From contig NC_134036.1 of assembly GCF_964204645.1 (NCBI RefSeq), forward strand, positions 9,217,859-9,281,858: DNA of 64,000 nt, in the 5' to 3' direction. The stretch's first letter is position 1; each line of letters begins with the position of its first letter. This document shows, in pieces, positions 62,051 to 64,000 of this stretch. The notes beneath the pieces were generated by a model. That model saw only the letters and a list, made by a program, of their open reading frames with translations. It was not told the DNA's origin and searched no databases. A program made the position numbers and the translations under genes. Source of the DNA: Tubulanus polymorphus. Lineage: Eukaryota; Animalia; Nemertea.

Positions 62051-64000
62051 ATGGAAGCAAATAAATACTACTGCCCAACATGTAAGATAAGTATAGATAA
62101 ATCCCAAAAAGCAAGACACAATAAAACTATAACACATTTAGAGAATAAATTGAAACTAGAATATAAAGATGATATATTAGAAACTAAATTAGAAGAATTA
62201 AAGAATGAAAAAGAAACATATAAATGTGATACATGTAATCAATCATTCAGTGATAAAAGATATTATAAAGAACATTTAAAATCTATAAGTCATATTAGAA
62301 ATAAGAATAATGATATTTTAGGTGAAGATTATTTTGATAATGATAACGATAAGAAACAGAAGACAATTAAAAGAATAAAAAATAAATTAAACAATAAAAG
62401 ACCATACATGGAAGATGTAAGAAATTATATTAATTCATTAGATAATAAAAAAGATATAGAGATAACCGAAGCATTTAAAAGTGATATTGGTCCAGCAGCT
62501 ATCGAGTTTAAATTTCATAAAGGTAAAACATTAGAAGAAAATAAAAAACATTTAGAAAATATGAAAGAAATAATAAAAATAATTACAGGTGTTGAATATC
62601 CTAAAATTAGTATATCAGTTAAAGTAAAGTTTATAAAATCTGAAGATAAACCAATATATAATATAAATTCTCATTCACAACATATTATATCTAAACAACA
62701 TATAGATGATAAATTAGAAAAATGTTATAATGAAATAAAAACTAAAATAGAAGAAAAATATTTTGAAGGATCTGGTTTAATATTTGATGAGATAATATTT
62801 ATAACTTTACATGTTTATAACACAAAATATAATAAGTTAACTAAATCAAAACCAATTGATGAAAATAATTTATCATATTATAAAGATGATAGTATAAATG
62901 GAACAAGTTATATTAAACTACCATTTAAAACTAATGCTGTAATAAATGTACAAAATGAAGATGATAAATGTTTTCTATGGGCTATAATAAGTTGTTTACA
63001 TCCAACAGAAGATATTACACATAGTTTTAGATTAACTCATTATAAACCATTTGAAAATAATTATAAGATAGATAAGTATCCTGTTAGAATTAAAAACATC
63101 CCCAAAATAGAAAGAGATAATAATCTTAAAATAAATGTATTTGATTTAATTAAATTACCAAATACAAAAGGAAATAATATTAAACATTATACATTAGAAC
63201 CTTTATACCTATCAAAAGATTATGATTCAAACGATGTTATAGATATATTATATTATGAGAATCATTATATGTGGATTAAACAAATAGATTTATTTTTTAG
63301 AACAGAAAGTGATCACCATAATAAAATATATCTATGTAGAAAATGTTTACATAGATTTAGTAATGAAAGTACATTATTAAATCATAAACAACTATGTGAT
63401 AATCATGATTATTGTAAATTAGTTTTACCAAATGAAAAGGATAAAATATTAGAATTCAAAAAATATGATTACAAAAATAAAGTACCATTTGTAATATATG
63501 GAGATTTTGAATCATTAAATAAAGAATTAACAGATAAAGATAGAAAAGATATATAATATAAAAGAAAGAAATTAAATTCTAATGAAAGTGATTATTCAGA
63601 AGACCCACCAAAAACAAATACAATTAAAAAGATTCATCAATCAGCTGCAGCTTTCGGGTTATATATTAAATCTAATTATCCAGAACTAATCGAAAGTGAA
63701 TATTATAATTATAGAAATGAAAATGTTATCAATCATTTTTGTGACTTATTAATTGAATATGAAATAAGATTTAATGAAAAGTTAAATAAAAATATAGAAA
63801 TTATAATGACAGAAGAAGATAAAGAAGAATTTGAGTTTGCAGATAAATGTTATTATTGTGAAAAGATATTTAATTATAAAGATAAAAAAGTAAGAGACCA
63901 TAATCATTTGAATGGAAAGTTTAGAGGCGCTGCACATGAGAATTGTAACTTACAAGCTAAGAAAATTAACTTTGTACCAGTTATATTTCATAATCTATCA
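62051..64000 (+). pseudogene. polB: pPolB N-terminal region (zinc fingers, OTU-like protease domain, ExoI) with in-frame nonsense codon at 63554-63556
   Basis: C2H2 fingers; GTSYIKLP..INVQNEDDKCFLWAI...NHYMWIK (vOTU-like Cys/His); VIYGDFES ExoI; same frame continues after TAA through RDHNHLNGKFRGAAH to FHNLS. Confidence 0.9.

Larger units (their letters stand above)
61784..64000 (+). mobile_element. Polinton/Maverick copy 2, left end (right-truncated by window)
   Basis: Starts AGTAATAGGGATAATAGGCTTTC, homologous to copy 1 TIR, followed by pPolB; 63824-63945 nearly identical to 1-122. Confidence 0.95.

Noticed and set aside
63554-63556. Programmed stop readthrough in pPolB
   Set aside because: No readthrough context; several other lesions in these elements make a simple nonsense mutation more likely
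1-64000. Window as a circular or duplicated contig because its end matches its start
   Set aside because: The match breaks into synonymous divergence after ~120 bp and the terminal hairpins differ, indicating two distinct copies

Overview
Eukaryotic (animal, probably marine invertebrate; inferred from intron structure and TE content) genomic DNA with four parts. (1) 1-15599: the right-hand ~15.6 kb of a very AT-rich Polinton/Maverick (adintovirus-like) endogenous virus: protein-primed PolB, minor capsid, a cluster of small/hydrophobic conserved proteins, an internally deleted major capsid, a Zn-finger protein, then on the minus strand packaging ATPase, retroviral-like integrase, two unknowns and an HNH-like nuclease. 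It ends in a TIR whose outer 265 bp is itself a long fold-back hairpin. (2) ~15600-35029: a spliced host receptor-type protein tyrosine phosphatase gene (FN3 repeats, TM, D1+D2, C-terminal YANF), with a duplicated two-exon block and a D1 catalytic Arg-to-Trp change; the Polinton appears to sit in one of its coding exons. (3) ~35-61.7 kb: TE-rich region with SINEs, MITEs, a 2.2-kb TIR element, a decayed spliced tyrosine-recombinase (Crypton-like) gene and a hAT transposase remnant. (4) 61784-64000: left end of a second copy of the same Polinton family, inserted in an intron of the hAT remnant and again starting with a terminal hairpin. The strongest novelty candidate is the terminal architecture: in both copies the terminal palindromes co-vary, and their substitution mismatches are all G-T or G-A on the strand whose 3' end is the element terminus, which suggests self-priming or hairpin telomeres. 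In addition, 13 of 16 genes start in a poxvirus-late-like TAAATG context. All homology calls are by motif recognition only; no searches were run.
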